Source of the DNA: Raillietiella orientalis
Taxonomy: Eukaryota
Direction of reading: 5' to 3'
Length of the DNA stretch: 64,000 nucleotides
Assembly (NCBI GenBank): GCA_036172245.1
Contig: JAYWIR010000014.1
Coordinates: forward strand, 496,001 to 560,000
Shown: positions 51,301-64,000 of the stretch, one piece after another
How positions within the stretch are numbered: position 1 is the stretch's first letter
Layout of the letters: each line of letters starts with the position of its first letter
The notes under the pieces: model-generated
Database searches by the model: none
The model's input: only the letters and a program-made list of their open reading frames with translations
Told to the model about the DNA's origin: nothing
Position numbers and translations under genes: made by a program

Positions 51301-54300
51301 CCTCTTTTGATTCGAGTCAGCAAATTGTGCGAACGAAGTGAAGAACGTTGTTGAGACTTGAGCGAGTCGGAACGAGTCAGCAGCAAAAATTTTTGAGAAC
51401 GGAATTTAACTAGAAATCAGTCATGGTGGAAGTGCCACATTATATCTTCTCAAGCGGATTTTTGTACCATTGTGTCGCGTCTTTTACCGATCTCAGTCTC
51501 ACGACGTAGAATCATGGCACGACTCTTGCTCCTCCGGGTGGTCGACGTGGCACGCGGCTCCGATGGATGTTGATGAACATAGTGGCGATTCGTAGTATAA
51601 GGGCAGATAGGAATGATGATCTACCGATCATGGAACTGTGATCGGTAATGAACATGAGCCCAAAAAGTTCACTGAAGAATTACGGAATCTGTTTATCTTT
51701 GTGCAACATGCCTCAAGGACTGCCAGTAGAGAGTCAGCAAGACTTTAACAAAGTCCACGACAAGGAAGAAGAAAAACTGATTTAATGAAGAACTTCCTTT
51801 CTCTACTCTTTAATGAAACCAGCTGCTTGAGAATGAGCACGATCTTTGACGAAATCCAGACGCACTTTTATAAGAAAGGGAGGAAAGTGAACATTCCAAG
51901 GAAAGATCAGTCTTTCTTGTTGTTGGATACCCTTATTTTCAGTATAGAACAAGAGGCTGGAGTTATTCATTCCTTGCATCCATGCCACAGAATCTGCCTG
52001 CATTTTGGAGTTTAGCTCTCTGTTGTACCTCTGAAATCAGAAATCCGCTTTTTTCTGTCTGGAGCCGTCCGATGGACAAGGTCATTTGCTCTCGAAATTT
52101 CGATCCTGGGAACGAATTGCACAGGATCCTGGTAGGTTCACATTAGGAGTAGGTAAAGAAGATGAAATGTCATGTTAGGATTCAAAATGTCTAGAAGATT
52201 TTCTCCTGCATGTTCCTCCAGATTGGGCATTGCTGTAATAAGAGCGTTCTAGATTCCATTAAGGACGCTTGAAGCAAAGTTCAAGAAACCTGGAAAGGGA
52301 GAAGGAGAATATCGGGTTAGAGAAGCATGTTTCCTGAATGACGGTAGGAAAGAGGGCAGACGAAATGTCTTAAGCGAGTCAGCCACCGAAACTTTATTCG
52401 GAAGCAAAAGGTTGTCTTCTTGTCGCTCTGGTTTCTCGAACGCGAAAAGCTCGTGAAAGCACAGAGATTCTTGTTTGAAAATTGCTCCTGAAGCGTAACA
52501 CCCAGAGAATCAGGAAGTTATGAATTGATAGAGAGGGGGCATCGGATAAGCAAATAGAAAACTACAGATCGTGAGAATTGTTGCTGCATATGGGTTTCCT
52601 TGAGTTCTGTTACGTTGCCAAAAACAATGCATCACTTCATTTCTGCAACATATCGCTTAGACACTGGAGATGGCAGCCGAATTTTCCAGAATCGAATGCA
52701 GTTTGAAAAAGGAATGCAAAAAAAAAAAAAGAAATGCCGATACAGATCAAAGCAGAACACGAGAAAGAAAGAAGACTCGAGTCGACTGTCTGTTGTTCAT
52801 CTCGTATGAAATAATGTGAGACTTCTGAGAGTACCTCTTTGTCAGGCTGCAAAACTTAATTTAGGGATCGTCACACAAATCTTCCGAACATGGAATAGAG
52901 CGCGATTTCCAGTAAACAATCCCTGAAGTCCATATTGTAGCTTCCATTCCCACCCTACGTTGTTGCACTATGCGACGACGTGTATCGTCCGCAATAGAAG
53001 CACAGGACCCACTCGGCATTTATCTTGATGACAATTTGTTGGATTTTTGTCAAGCGCGTGTGAAAAGTGATTTCCATTGCAAATTGAGCCGTCTTCTCGT
53101 GAGCACGAATTCGATGCTTCCACTGCTAACCATTTGCTCCTTTCCGTCTCCTAGACTAATTTGCTGACATGATTTCGTATTTGGTTTTCATTAACGATGA
53201 TCATCAATCTGTGGCGGCTATACCAAGCTATACAACTTGCAGGTGTTTTGTCTCTTCACTAAAAGCACCGAAGAGGAATCAGAAAAAATTCTTTCGAATC
53301 CATGGAAATTTCCCATGAACAGTCGAATGGGAACAATCTGGTAACTTTGCTCTTCAATCATTTTTGTTCCTTTATAGCTGCGGCAAATCTTTAGCCAGTC
53401 TTTTCCTACACACACGAAAGTTGAACTTGCAGATCTACGTGCTTTTGGGTCCCACAAAGTACAAAAATAGGTGAACTCTCCTTTTACTTGAATAAGTTTT
53501 GTGGGAGACTTTGGAGACTGACTCTGATGCTTGTAGAACGTTCCTTATTTTTTGGAGCTGCAGTACCTCAGATCGAAAAGATAAAAGGAGGCCACTCTTT
53601 TCACGAAAAGCTAACAATGCAAAGACTAGAAGATGGATCCAAGGAAGCGATTTTCCCATAAGTCATAATGGACTCTAAAGAAGTTGGTTCTATTTCAGAT
53701 ACCCCCACGTTGATATTTGTTTCCTGCTTACAGCCTTAATACTGGAACTTTCACGTTGTAAATTTGCGATTCCTGAGGTTTTAATTGGATTTCAGGAAAT
53801 CATTGCTTTACTTTCCAGTAGAAAACTCCTCGCAACAGTCAGAGTCAGAGTCAACATATAAACAGTGGAGATCGGAAGAAGAAAAACGTCATCAGGAAAC
53901 ATTCAGAAAAGCTGAAGATGGAGAAACTCCTGCAAAACTGGCGAACTGGATGCATGCGCAGCAGCCAGTTTCTCAGCTTGAAATGATTTTTTTTTAATGA
54001 AGTCTTTTGTATATTTTCTTGCAAAAAACACAAAAAATTTCATTTTGAGAGCTAAGAATAGTCCCTCGACATCTGAATGTTCATCACTTTCGTGTTTATC
54101 ATTCTTTAGCTCTTGCCAGAGTTCTTCGATTCCTCGATTTCTCTCTGCCTCTCTTCCGTTTAGCGCGCTCACAACTTCATGACTGAAGAATCATCACCTA
54201 AGTAGCGAAATTACAGCTAGCAGCCAGCTTCCATAGAGTGCCGAAGATTAAAGATTATCCGTTAAACCGCACATACTTGGAGCCTTACAAATCGTCTCGA

Positions 54301-54399
54301 TCGAGCAGTTCATGTAGTTCAGACACCTTCTATGGAGATTTGCGCGTTATCGCCAGCATGAGTGCTGGTGACATGAGCATGAGTGCTCATGCAGTCTGT

Positions 54400-55850
54400 C
54401 AAGAGTCTCCGTGAACTTTTTCATCAGCTACTTGGCATTCGAAATTTTAAGATTCACCGTAAAAAATATTCTGAGTGAATTATTCGGCTCCCTTTGAAGA
54501 TGCATTGCGCCCATCGTATTTGCTGCAATAAGCCTTTGCAGCAGCATTTCAGCGTTACTTGCAAGAACCTGCAGTTCCATGGGTTCACGTGAGTCACAAA
54601 GGGCACCCATCAAACGCGAACGCAATGCATTCACTGAAAAACTATATGTATAGCTCATCAATAATACCCTTAATTTCTTCGAACAAATTTCGTATTCCCG
54701 CCTCAAGTACGCGTGATGCGACAGTTCATCAAACTTCATGGTCCCTTTTGCGTCTCCAAGTGACCATGACTGAGCTTTTCGGTGTGTTGATGTCCGGGCT
54801 TCCAATGTTGCAAGCGAACACGGTTTGCACTTTTTCGCGTGGCGGCGAGTGCAGCCGGGTGTCTCCTCCCACTTTCGGCACGTGCGCAGCTTCTTGGATC
54901 GGTGGTTGTGCAGTCAGCTTCCCTACTTCGAACAGTTCCGAGAATGGTGCGAGCAACAAGACACTTCCCTTGCTTCAGCATTAAGCAAAAAAGGCACTTT
55001 CTATTGCAACTGGCGCGTGCATTTAAGTTTGCAAAAGAGGAAGAGGTGCTCCCAAGCCCTCAATTCATTCTTCTCAGACAGAACGTAGTCCAACCTGCAC
55101 TTTCTCTCGAAAATATCATTGTCTCATCCTTCACGAAAATGACAAAGAACAGCAGCAAACTGCTCAAGATTAGAAGTGTAATTTCCGTGTTCCCTGAATT
55201 CATGAAGGTGTTAATGGATTCGGAGCGGAAAAGATCAGCCCTTTTCACCAAACAGTGAGACACTAGTGCCTTCATGATTCTCCGAATCTTCGGGTCGCGA
55301 GAGACGCAAGAGCGCGTTTGTTCGGAGTTGTTGCATGTGGGATGCAGCCGTTCACAAGAAGGGTCGCAACCGTTGGTGCCAGTCGAAGCTGTGCCTGAGT
55401 TTCGTCGTCAGTGATCCTCAGCTGGATTTGTCGCTCCAGACGTAACCGATCCTGAATGCTTCTCCTAACAATACCCGAAAACCCAAAGATCGTGGGAGCT
55501 CGAGGCAAGCATACGACAGACAACCCGTCGGGAAAGTGCACGGCTGCCTTCCCGATTCACATATCCCCTTTGGAATCCTACTGTTTCCCACCACCTCGTT
55601 TGCCACTAAGCCAGCTTCTTCCCTTTTAAAGGAAAGTAATCCTCGAACCCCCATCTGCTTGTTGAATCACTGCGCGAGTCCGAGCAGTGTGAGTACATAG
55701 CGACTGCAAGGCGCCGCTTCAAATCTGACATCTCGTGGCAGTCTCAGTAGGACACCTGATGTGCTGATCCGAAGCATCGCTTCACTCGCAAATGAGCCAG
55801 CTATCCATGGGTTTGTTTGCAGTCGTGGATGTTGATTTCTCCGGACCAGC
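54400..55850 (-). mobile_element. Decayed LINE RT core and thumb
   Basis: GLLSF..AG, FGFSGIVRRSIQDRLRLERQIQLRITD..LAPT..TLL.N, MIFSRESAGWTT and ARTILGTVRS..AESG. Confidence 0.65.
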
Positions 55851-57160
55851 TTCTCCGATCAACTACAAACATCCAACAGTTGACAGGGCTGTGAACAGGG
55901 CTGCAGAGCGTGACACTCTCTTGCAGTACCTCGAGCAGGTTTTTAGAATCGCTCCGGTGTGAAAACTCACTTTAAAGACTGATGTTTCTATTTGTTTTTT
56001 CTTGTCTTCGTCTGTCTTTGATATTTCCATGCAACCACTTGTTTGTTCCAAACTCCACAACCACTCCATCCTAAAATCAAAATTGCCTTCCCGATGCGCA
56101 GGATGGCAGTTTCTGCCATCTTGCGCATCGAATCGGTTACTAAAGAAGAGGCCCTGGGGAAATAGTCCAGTCTTTTTCCCATTAAAATTCTCAATATAGA
56201 ATGGAGCTTGGAATAGGATTTTTTTTTTCCTTTTTTTTCTTTTTATTCCTTAAGATTCGAACGATCTGAGATTGCCTTTCGTATTAGGTCGATTTCCCAG
56301 CCGTGTCCGCCCTGTAAACACATCCCACCCTCAGCTGCGCGTTCCCCGCTACCAGCCACCTCTCATGGAAGAGCGCACCGAGCTTTCACGAGCATCGTTC
56401 CCAGTCGCCGACGGCAAGCGACGTGCGTGCATGGTCAAGACCCGGTGCACGTCATCTCGGGAGGGACAAACTGGCACGCGGGACGAAGGTTCCCTTTCGC
56501 CCTGAAAGATGCGGCGGTCACGGCATCGTGGAACGTTAAAGGACGCAACTTTTCCTCACTTCCCAGAGGAGCGATTATCCACCTCCCTCCTCGATGCATC
56601 TTTGAAGGAGCCTGCTTTCCCTTGCCACCATATTTTCCAGAGTCCTCCATCCTCTCGCTGCAGCTGGAATTTCAGGAGCCCGACAAGGCTGAAGAGTCGC
56701 CTCCGCTTTTGAACGTGACCTGGGATCCTCACACTCGATGAGAGCTGGAGGATGCTGCCTCAACCTTCCAGAGGAACAAGCAGCCAAACACTTTTCGCTT
56801 CTGAGACTCACAGCTTGTCGCCGCTGATCAGGAAAACTCGATTTGAAAATGCTTCCCTCCCCTGTTTGCGAAAAGAGCGGCGACCTGGATGGGGAGGACC
56901 ATCTTCGGCAGTGGCTTCCGGCAGGAGAATCTCTGGAATCCGAGATCTTTAAAAGAGCATGCGGTCAGGGACCTCGTTGCCAGGGCGACTTGAGTCCATC
57001 CGTTTGCGGAAAGAGAGGAAAACAGTGGAGACAGCGGAGGACCGAGGAAGGGAGAAGGGGAGGGAGGCTGGCAAGGTAGGAAACATCGAACGTGAGAATG
57101 ACCAGAGTGAGCAGCATCCTGATCTTTCTGTCAGGAACTGCACCAGGAAAAGTAAAATTT

Positions 57161-58330
57161 ATCACCCGGTCACGCCGGGGAGTTTATTTACATAAACCGG
57201 TCGGGGACACAGTCCCCAATTAATACAGCAACAGAAGAAAAGTGAAGCCGGGAAAACATGAAGTTCTCAACGGGTGGAGGTAACGGGATAACAAAAACAA
57301 CAATGGGGGGGAAGGGGAACAGGTCTTTGGTGAGGCTCCGTACTCATCGGTACCAGAACAAAAAACACCAACAAAGCTCCGGAGCCTGTGGGAACGCGAG
57401 TACAAATAAAAAGAAATAAATATGGAGAGATAGGGTCAAGGATCACCGAGTTCGCCGCTGCAGACCGTCTGTAAACCGGCGTTGGATGTCGGTAATCTCC
57501 CTTCCAGCATCTTCTCTTAGATGAGGCCATCTGACGGCCTCTTCGATTTAGGAAGCTGCCTTGCAGACAACCTCTTCGCACTGCCCGTTGATCACCACGC
57601 CTGACGGGCTGAAACTATGGCGCGGATGCAACCGATGGTTGCAATCCTTGCTCTTGTCGACAGCCCGCTCGGCGTGAAGAATCGTCGCAGCAAGTCTCTT
57701 GCGGTATCCTCCAGATGCAAGAGTGCTGTTTCCAGTCTCTGCCAGAGTCCTCAGAGGACACCGCAACCTAGAAATAGGTGCGGGATCGATTCTGTCGCTC
57801 CGCGCCTTGCACAGTTCGCGGACGCGGCCCTCGGAAACACGATGCCAACGCTCGTTACACTGGATTCCCCAGTGAACGAAGAGCAGTACGGCTTGTTTCC
57901 ATGCAGGAGGGAGCAGCGAACTGTCAACACAATGGGGAGAGACCACTAGTTCTTCGGGGTAACACCAAGTTCTTCTCCCCACCGAAGGAGTCCCTTCGCC
58001 AAAGCACGAGGAGTGGCTGCATCCGCCAACTCGCTCGTCTTCCAGGCGCCCAGAAGTTTTGTTCTTCCTGCGATGGTGCAGGAAAACTCCCATCTCGCCG
58101 GTTGGCTACTGTCTTCTCTAGGAAATGTGAAATCGAATCCTAGGAGGTGCGCCATCTTCTCTACTGTCGCTTCACTTGCGAAACAGGGAAGATCATGGGA
58201 GAATCGCTTTCTCCCCCCATACTGCGAGTCACCCCCTTCCTCCATGAACCGCTCCTGGAATCGCTTGCCGCCCTCACTGTGGATGGGAGAGATGGAAACC
58301 GCCCAGGGCAAGACTCCCTTGGAAACAGGA
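57161..58330 (-). mobile_element. Decayed I-group-like LINE 3' end (RNase H, C-terminus, 3' UTR)
   Basis: PIHSEGGKR (yTDGSK), LPCFASEATVE.MA (lp..aSv.tAE..A), SELADAA (NE.AD.AA), ISRLRC and CRQEQ, then a T-rich tract and AATAAA-CTCCCCGG at 57187 to 57175. Confidence 0.65.
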
Positions 58331-59749
58331 GGTGCCCTTCCTTTGTCTCGTGTTCGGCCAGTAGACGTGGCGGCGAGAATTGCTAGTTACTGGATTAAAA
58401 CAAATCGAGGGACGTGCAGAGGAGGCATAGCAATGAGGGTTGATGAAACCGAAAAAAATGGCGAGGGCTGAGGAAGAACAGCAAGAAAAAAATGATCGGA
58501 CTGGAAGGATAATGAAAAAACGGACTCCCTTCTTCCAGATGTGCTCATCCTCCCTTCCTTCCTCCTTCCTCTCCCGCACCTCTTTCTCAGAGCTTCCTCC
58601 CGCAGCCAGCCACCCTGAATGACGTCACGGGGAATTGGACTCGCCGGTGGGAGAGGATCCACCCTCCCGAATTCACGGCGCCCAGCATTGGCACGGCACA
58701 CACTGCCTCTGCGCCTTCGTTTGTGACGACCCCTGCTCGGGGGAAGCGGATGGGGGTGGTAGCGTGACATTATAGCGTTCCTCCACTCTCCCCCTCGAGC
58801 TTCCTCTCTTCTCGAGGAGCTTGAAAAGAGAGGATCATAGCAGCCACGGGGCGTATTTCAGGAGGACGCGGTGCCCAAGGCACAAGAATCCCAGCCAAAG
58901 GCGGAACTGCCGACGACGGGCAAGTCTCTGGGCGAGGGGAGGAGGATACTAAAGGTAGGGAAAACCGGAGCAGGTCTATGCGGCAGCACCTGGCTACCTG
59001 AGGGGATCAGGAGGTCTCTTACCCTCCTTTCCGAGAGGGACGGAAATCGAAAGCAGGTGGCAGGAGAGGTGGACCGAATGCTTCGCAGGCGGCTGCCACG
59101 GAAAGGGCACGGCGACCTCCACGCGTGAGCTCTGGGAAGCGTCGTGGAATTACGCGGTTGATCAGCGCAGGAGCAAGCTGGGAGATGCAAGGATCCTGGG
59201 CATTCTCGCTTGGGAGCCATCGAGGAGGGAGGACAATCAGCGAGTCGCTGCTGCCGCGCTCAGGCGATCCGGAGGTCCGTGGAGTTCGTCGGGTGGATGG
59301 CGAGGGATGGGGGAGTGCAGGAAGGGGGCTCGTAAGGAGAATGTGAGCGCCGAGAGGAAGGTCTTGCCTGCAGGCATGGCAGGTTAGCAGAGCCTCAGGA
59401 GGGTGCCGCGGCACAACCCGAAGGTCTCTGGAGGGGAGGCTGGCTCGAGGCTCGATCGTTCCGGCACCCCGCGCCCTCCGAGATTGTCCCACACGCCGAA
59501 CGAGAGATCGAGACGCGAAGGGATGCCGAGAAGGGGTCTCTGAAGAATTATCCCTCGAAGACGCTTCCGGGAGCAATGAGTTTGGCGCTTGGGAACCGAA
59601 CGCTTCCGAAGCGTCGGCCCAAGAGGTCTCCACGGCAATCTGTCCTGGTCGCGCTGCCTCTGAGAAGCCGCTGTCGCTCTTCCCACACGGAGAGGCGGCT
59701 GGAAGTGCTCCCGTGAGCTGACCCTCCCCCTCCTTTTGTTTTTCCTGAA

Positions 59750-62700
59750 GTCTACCTCAGGAAGTTAGGCGCCTGATGGGATATCTGGCGACTCCAAATC
59801 TTCAAGCCTCCTGCTGCTGCGCCGTGATGGACGAGCGGGTCGGCAGCCCCCGCGCAGAGTTCGGCTGTGGGGAGATCTGTGTATCTCACGGGAACTTAGC
59901 CGTGCAAGGCCTTGCGACCGGCAATCCCTCCTCAAACGATGGTGCTCGGAGGAAGAGAGCCGCGCGCCCGTCCACATGGAAGACGGTGAGTCTTTCAGTC
60001 GGGTTCCCATGGGATCCTCCAAGTGTCACTCCCGAGTAGAAGGGTCGCCCTCTGTGGAACGAGGACACCAGGACATTGCAAGTGCTCAAAGCACCCTCTC
60101 GCAGAACAGGCGCCGGAGTGGGACTATGGAACGGATCATGCTCTTCCCCCTGTTTGAGGCCGCCTAGCAGCTGGAGGACGCGGGAATCTGACCTCTAAGA
60201 AAATACAGTCTCCAATCAGGGAGCTCGAGGAAGATGAGGGTTCTCGGAGAGGAAGATGCTTCTAACTCTAGGAGGAGGCATTCTCACTCTCGGACGTCGT
60301 CCGATTCCGTGGATCCTCCAAAGCGGCGTCCTCTTCGTGCACGCGCGAGATCAGGAGGGAGAAGGAAAGCGATGGAGACTAAGATGAAGGTCGAGTTACC
60401 CACAGCGTCGCAGAGGTCCCCACAGGTGCGTGGAGGGTTTGGGAGAGTGGAGTCCTGTTGGAGTAGTCCTGGACGGCCACAGTAGGCCCCATCCTCATGA
60501 CGCCAGTCCTGGTCCCTCCCAAGGTCCCGCCTTCCTCTTACCGAATGAGCAGATTGGCCGGACAGCCGGAGGCCAGACGCCCGCTACCCCCGGGCGGAGC
60601 ATGCCTGCCAGGGACATTCACTTCCTCTTCCTCTCACGACCACGTGCATTGTTTTTGGAATTGTTCAATGCTGCTGGAAAAGACGAAAGAATGGAGAGAC
60701 CACTTCTCCGGGCATACAGAAATGCTTCCCCCTTTCTCACAAGGAGATGCCTGTAGCAGACTCCCGCCACTCCTGTCTCCATCGGCCCAGTGAGCACCGA
60801 TGTCTCTCTTCAAACGAGCGATCCTTCCCGTTCTGAAGGACTCTCATGGAAGAGTTGCCAAAGGACCCTTCTCTCTCTTCGCACCCGTCCACCAAAGCCT
60901 CTGCAGCTGATGAATGATGCGAGCTCTGGAATGGCTCTAAGAAAAGACAATGGTTCTTGGCGCAGCTTTCAGGGTGCTTAGAAGCGAGTGTTCAGCCACC
61001 TTCCGCTTGCCCACGTCATATCCATCTTTTGAACGTCCTTTAAAAGGAGTGAGGATGAGACAATGGCACTCGCTCCCTTTATTCTCCCTCATGAAAGTCT
61101 CCAAGCAGCTGTGGACCCCACCCCACCGCAGCAGGGTTCACTGCCGAAGACGATCCTCTCCATCCAGATCGCAGCTCTCTCTAGCGTCCTCCGTACCAAA
61201 ATCGATGTCAGCGATCGATTCGGCATGTATCCTTCTCTCTCTCTCCTTTCTTTCCCACTCTCCTTTTCCATCCACCAGATCGCTGATTCTCCACACAGTC
61301 GATTACCCACAGGAGGAACCAATGAAACTCCCGTGGAGCATTTCACTGGCTACTTTACCACGCTCTTTAAACTCCGGATGCACGAGATTGCTCGGAGAAG
61401 CTTGGTCTTTCATGCAAGCTGGAAGACGTCTTTCTCCCCTCCCCTTGTTATCCTATTCCCTCATCGCAGAAGGATATTGTGTTGAAGATGCGTCACGCCC
61501 GCTTCGGCAAGAGGTGTTCCCTCCTCTCCAGAGGTCAAAGTCGTAGCCAGCCCACCGATAGCTGCCGGGATCGATTAAAAGTCTCGTTGTCGAATCCACC
61601 GGTCCCTAGACGGCACCGCTGCGTGGACATGAGACCGCGATACACAGGTTCCACCCTCGTTCCCATATCCCTGCGTTGGAGTCCGACTCTGGAGCCCTGA
61701 AGAAATCCCAAAGCCCGTGTCAGCTGGATAGAACGCGAAGAGGCGTCGCTTACGTCATGCACGGAAGGCGCAGACACGTCTTCAAAGGGCAGAGATGTTG
61801 CCTCGGATGGAGATCAAGAGAATGGAGGATTCTGGACATTCTTGAGGATCTCGAACGAACTGGGTGCAGAAAGACCGTCCGACACGGTCGTGCAGTTGGA
61901 TGTGGGTTGCAAGGGACGCCAGGAACGGCTCCAAGCCGTATTCGCGGTCACCTTCCTCCTCTCCGTTGCAGCAAACCGATATTTCAGGGGAACTGAGTCG
62001 TCTCGTCCTCCTCACTGCCCTTCTCCGGGAGCCTGAGGCCATCAGGAGAGCGTCTCACGATGCCGTCCGCCTCTTCCGGGAAAAGACTGCAAAAGGACTG
62101 CGGGAATGCCTCTTTTCCGACATTCAGCATTCTGTGAGGGATAACTACTGACCACCCCAACCTCACTCACTCCACCGCTTTTTACACTTCCGGGAAACGG
62201 CTCCTCTCCCGCCTTCCGCGTGCAACCCACCCTCTAACTCTCTCTCCGACGTTCCCAAAGACCCTTATTGTGCTTGCCATCCCGTGTAGGCAGCTGTTGA
62301 TGAAGCATGCCTGGTTCATCTCTCAGCACCTCGCTTTGGGCAAGTTGTCCCACGGCGCGGGGAATGCTGAACGGCTGGACCGTCCTCCTCCAAAGAAGGC
62401 GGGTCTAAGGACAGCGCCCTTCGCATCTGATGAGGCTCTACAGAGGGTTCTTACAGATTTTTCTATCCTTTCCGCACTTGCGAATTTTCTTCTGTAAAGC
62501 AACCTGAAGCGACTGATCTTCCCTCACTTCCCTCCTTCCTCTAATGATTGTGTCCATAACCAAGGAGCGGTTTCATGCTCGTAGTTCACGAAAAAAAATG
62601 AAAAACACGAGACGACAGATCGAACCTCCATGCATCAATCACGAGACGGATGCAAATCTCCAAATGGATGCCGCAAGAGGTATTCGTCCGTCCTCGGTTT

Positions 62701-63570
62701 TCCAACGGATTTTGCCGATTTCCCTCGATGGAAACTTCTCGGCTTGGTCGTTGAGGTCCTCTACCCAAGAGAGAGCTATCACTGCACTTTCGGCGAGAAA
62801 GGCACCTCAAAGAAGGCTGTAAGTAGCTCGCTTGGAAGGCAGGGTGAGGGATCTCTGCAAATCTTCCATGGACCTCCGTACAAGAGACGGATAGGATTCG
62901 ATAACGAAGTGGTGCCCTGTTAGCTAGCGGACTCAAAAGCTGCACCAAGCACTTCGGCTAGTGGTACAGTGCACAAACCTTCGGGACGTTCCTGAGAAAG
63001 AGCTGGTGGTTCCCCAAATATCCGTGTGGATTCCACCTGCTCGTGCCATCCTACTCGCTCTATCCCACAACGACGTTGTTCTTGAACTGGAAATCCTCAC
63101 GAAATCAGCGACGTTGCCAGCGGTCCTATGGGGATTCTCCCCTCCCCCTTCCGAATTGTGCCAGGCTCAGTAGAGCGAGGCAGGCCCGCGCCTCTTTCCT
63201 ACTGGCGTGCCGTGGGATAAGAGAAGCTACCTTCAGATCTCATGCGTTCGACCAACACGGTCTTGAACCTTACAAGGTGCTTGCTTGTGTCCCAAAGGCA
63301 GCCTATATGGTCACTCGCGGCACCATTCTCAACATTTTTCGAAGAGAGAAAAGTGCCAGAGATGCAAGGAGACCATAATTCTGGCGGCCACTCTGGTGCG
63401 CAGAGCCAGCAAGTGGTCTCTCTTCGCGGCGAAGAACAGAGAGTGCATCTTCTCCGTGATGGAACGTCTCAGAAGAGGAAGCACCGGACTCTGAGAATTC
63501 CATTGCCTTCCCTCTTGAATACTTCTTGAATTCCCCAACTAATCATGTAGACTGTTTGTCTATTTATCTC
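59750..63570 (+). mobile_element. Near full-length decayed I-group-like LINE (ORF1 knuckles, EN, RT, RNase H)
   Basis: CGEICVSH, FLLPN..GG, RAYR, LQLMNDAS, FHASWKTS, ASRPL, SDTVV..ERLQA, RLDR..GLRTAP..EAL, SGLKS, RAILLALSH..ILTKS and FLLACRGIRE occur in canonical order. Confidence 0.65.
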
Positions 63571-64000
63571 TCCTCTTCTCTGTGCAAGAACCAGGCTCTC
63601 AGAGTAGAACTGTGAGCTGGCGTTTTCTTCGGCGAACCTCTCCGAGAAGGAAGCTCGCTTCCTTCATAACTGAATTCTCCTTGTTGCTCCTTCTTTCCTC
63701 TTTTTTTATTCCATCAGCAACTGGGCAACAAACCAAGAGACTCTGTGGCTACGAGCTTATACAACTATCACAGAATGCTCCCAGAAATGAGGAGAAGGCC
63801 GATTATCCTGCATATCTTTGTCGTCATCCTCTTAGTGGCAAAATTCAAAGCTTTTTTGCATGATGCTCTTATCTCCAATATATTGGAACCTCTGGGAGAA
63901 TTGTCCAAGAATGCTTACAGATGTGCTGCTCCTTTTCCCCACTGCTCTGCTTTATCGCTGGCTCCATGCTGAAGGACGAATTATGGGCCCGATGAATCAA

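Overview
This is eukaryotic genomic DNA, most likely from an arthropod (inferred from the gene family found). It contains one intact protein-coding gene: a Tartan/Capricious-family LRR type I membrane protein with a single coding exon (ATG 36134 to stop 37693, + strand). The gene probably has an upstream non-coding exon ending at a GTAAGT donor at 27483 and/or a GTGAGT donor at 35001. Much of the rest of the window consists of about 20 very old, frameshifted non-LTR retrotransposon (LINE) relics. I recognised them by manually stitching degenerate APE-endonuclease, RT, RNase H and CCHC motifs across frames. RNase H-bearing I-group-like copies lie in the GC-rich parts (about 0.8-4.8 kb and 26-64 kb). 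RTE- and CR1/L2-like copies lie in the AT-rich part (about 5-25.8 kb). No intact TE ORF, RNA gene or CRISPR array was seen. Points worth a second look: one LRR of the protein is replaced by a Cys-flanked Gly-rich loop, a 4-codon uORF overlaps the start codon (ATGA), four to five LINE copies share a 3' UTR ending in AATAAA plus a small hairpin, and an AT-rich foldback insert carries a perfect 15-bp stem. I found no convincing novel multi-gene system. TE boundaries are approximate and all homology calls come from remembered motifs, not database searches.
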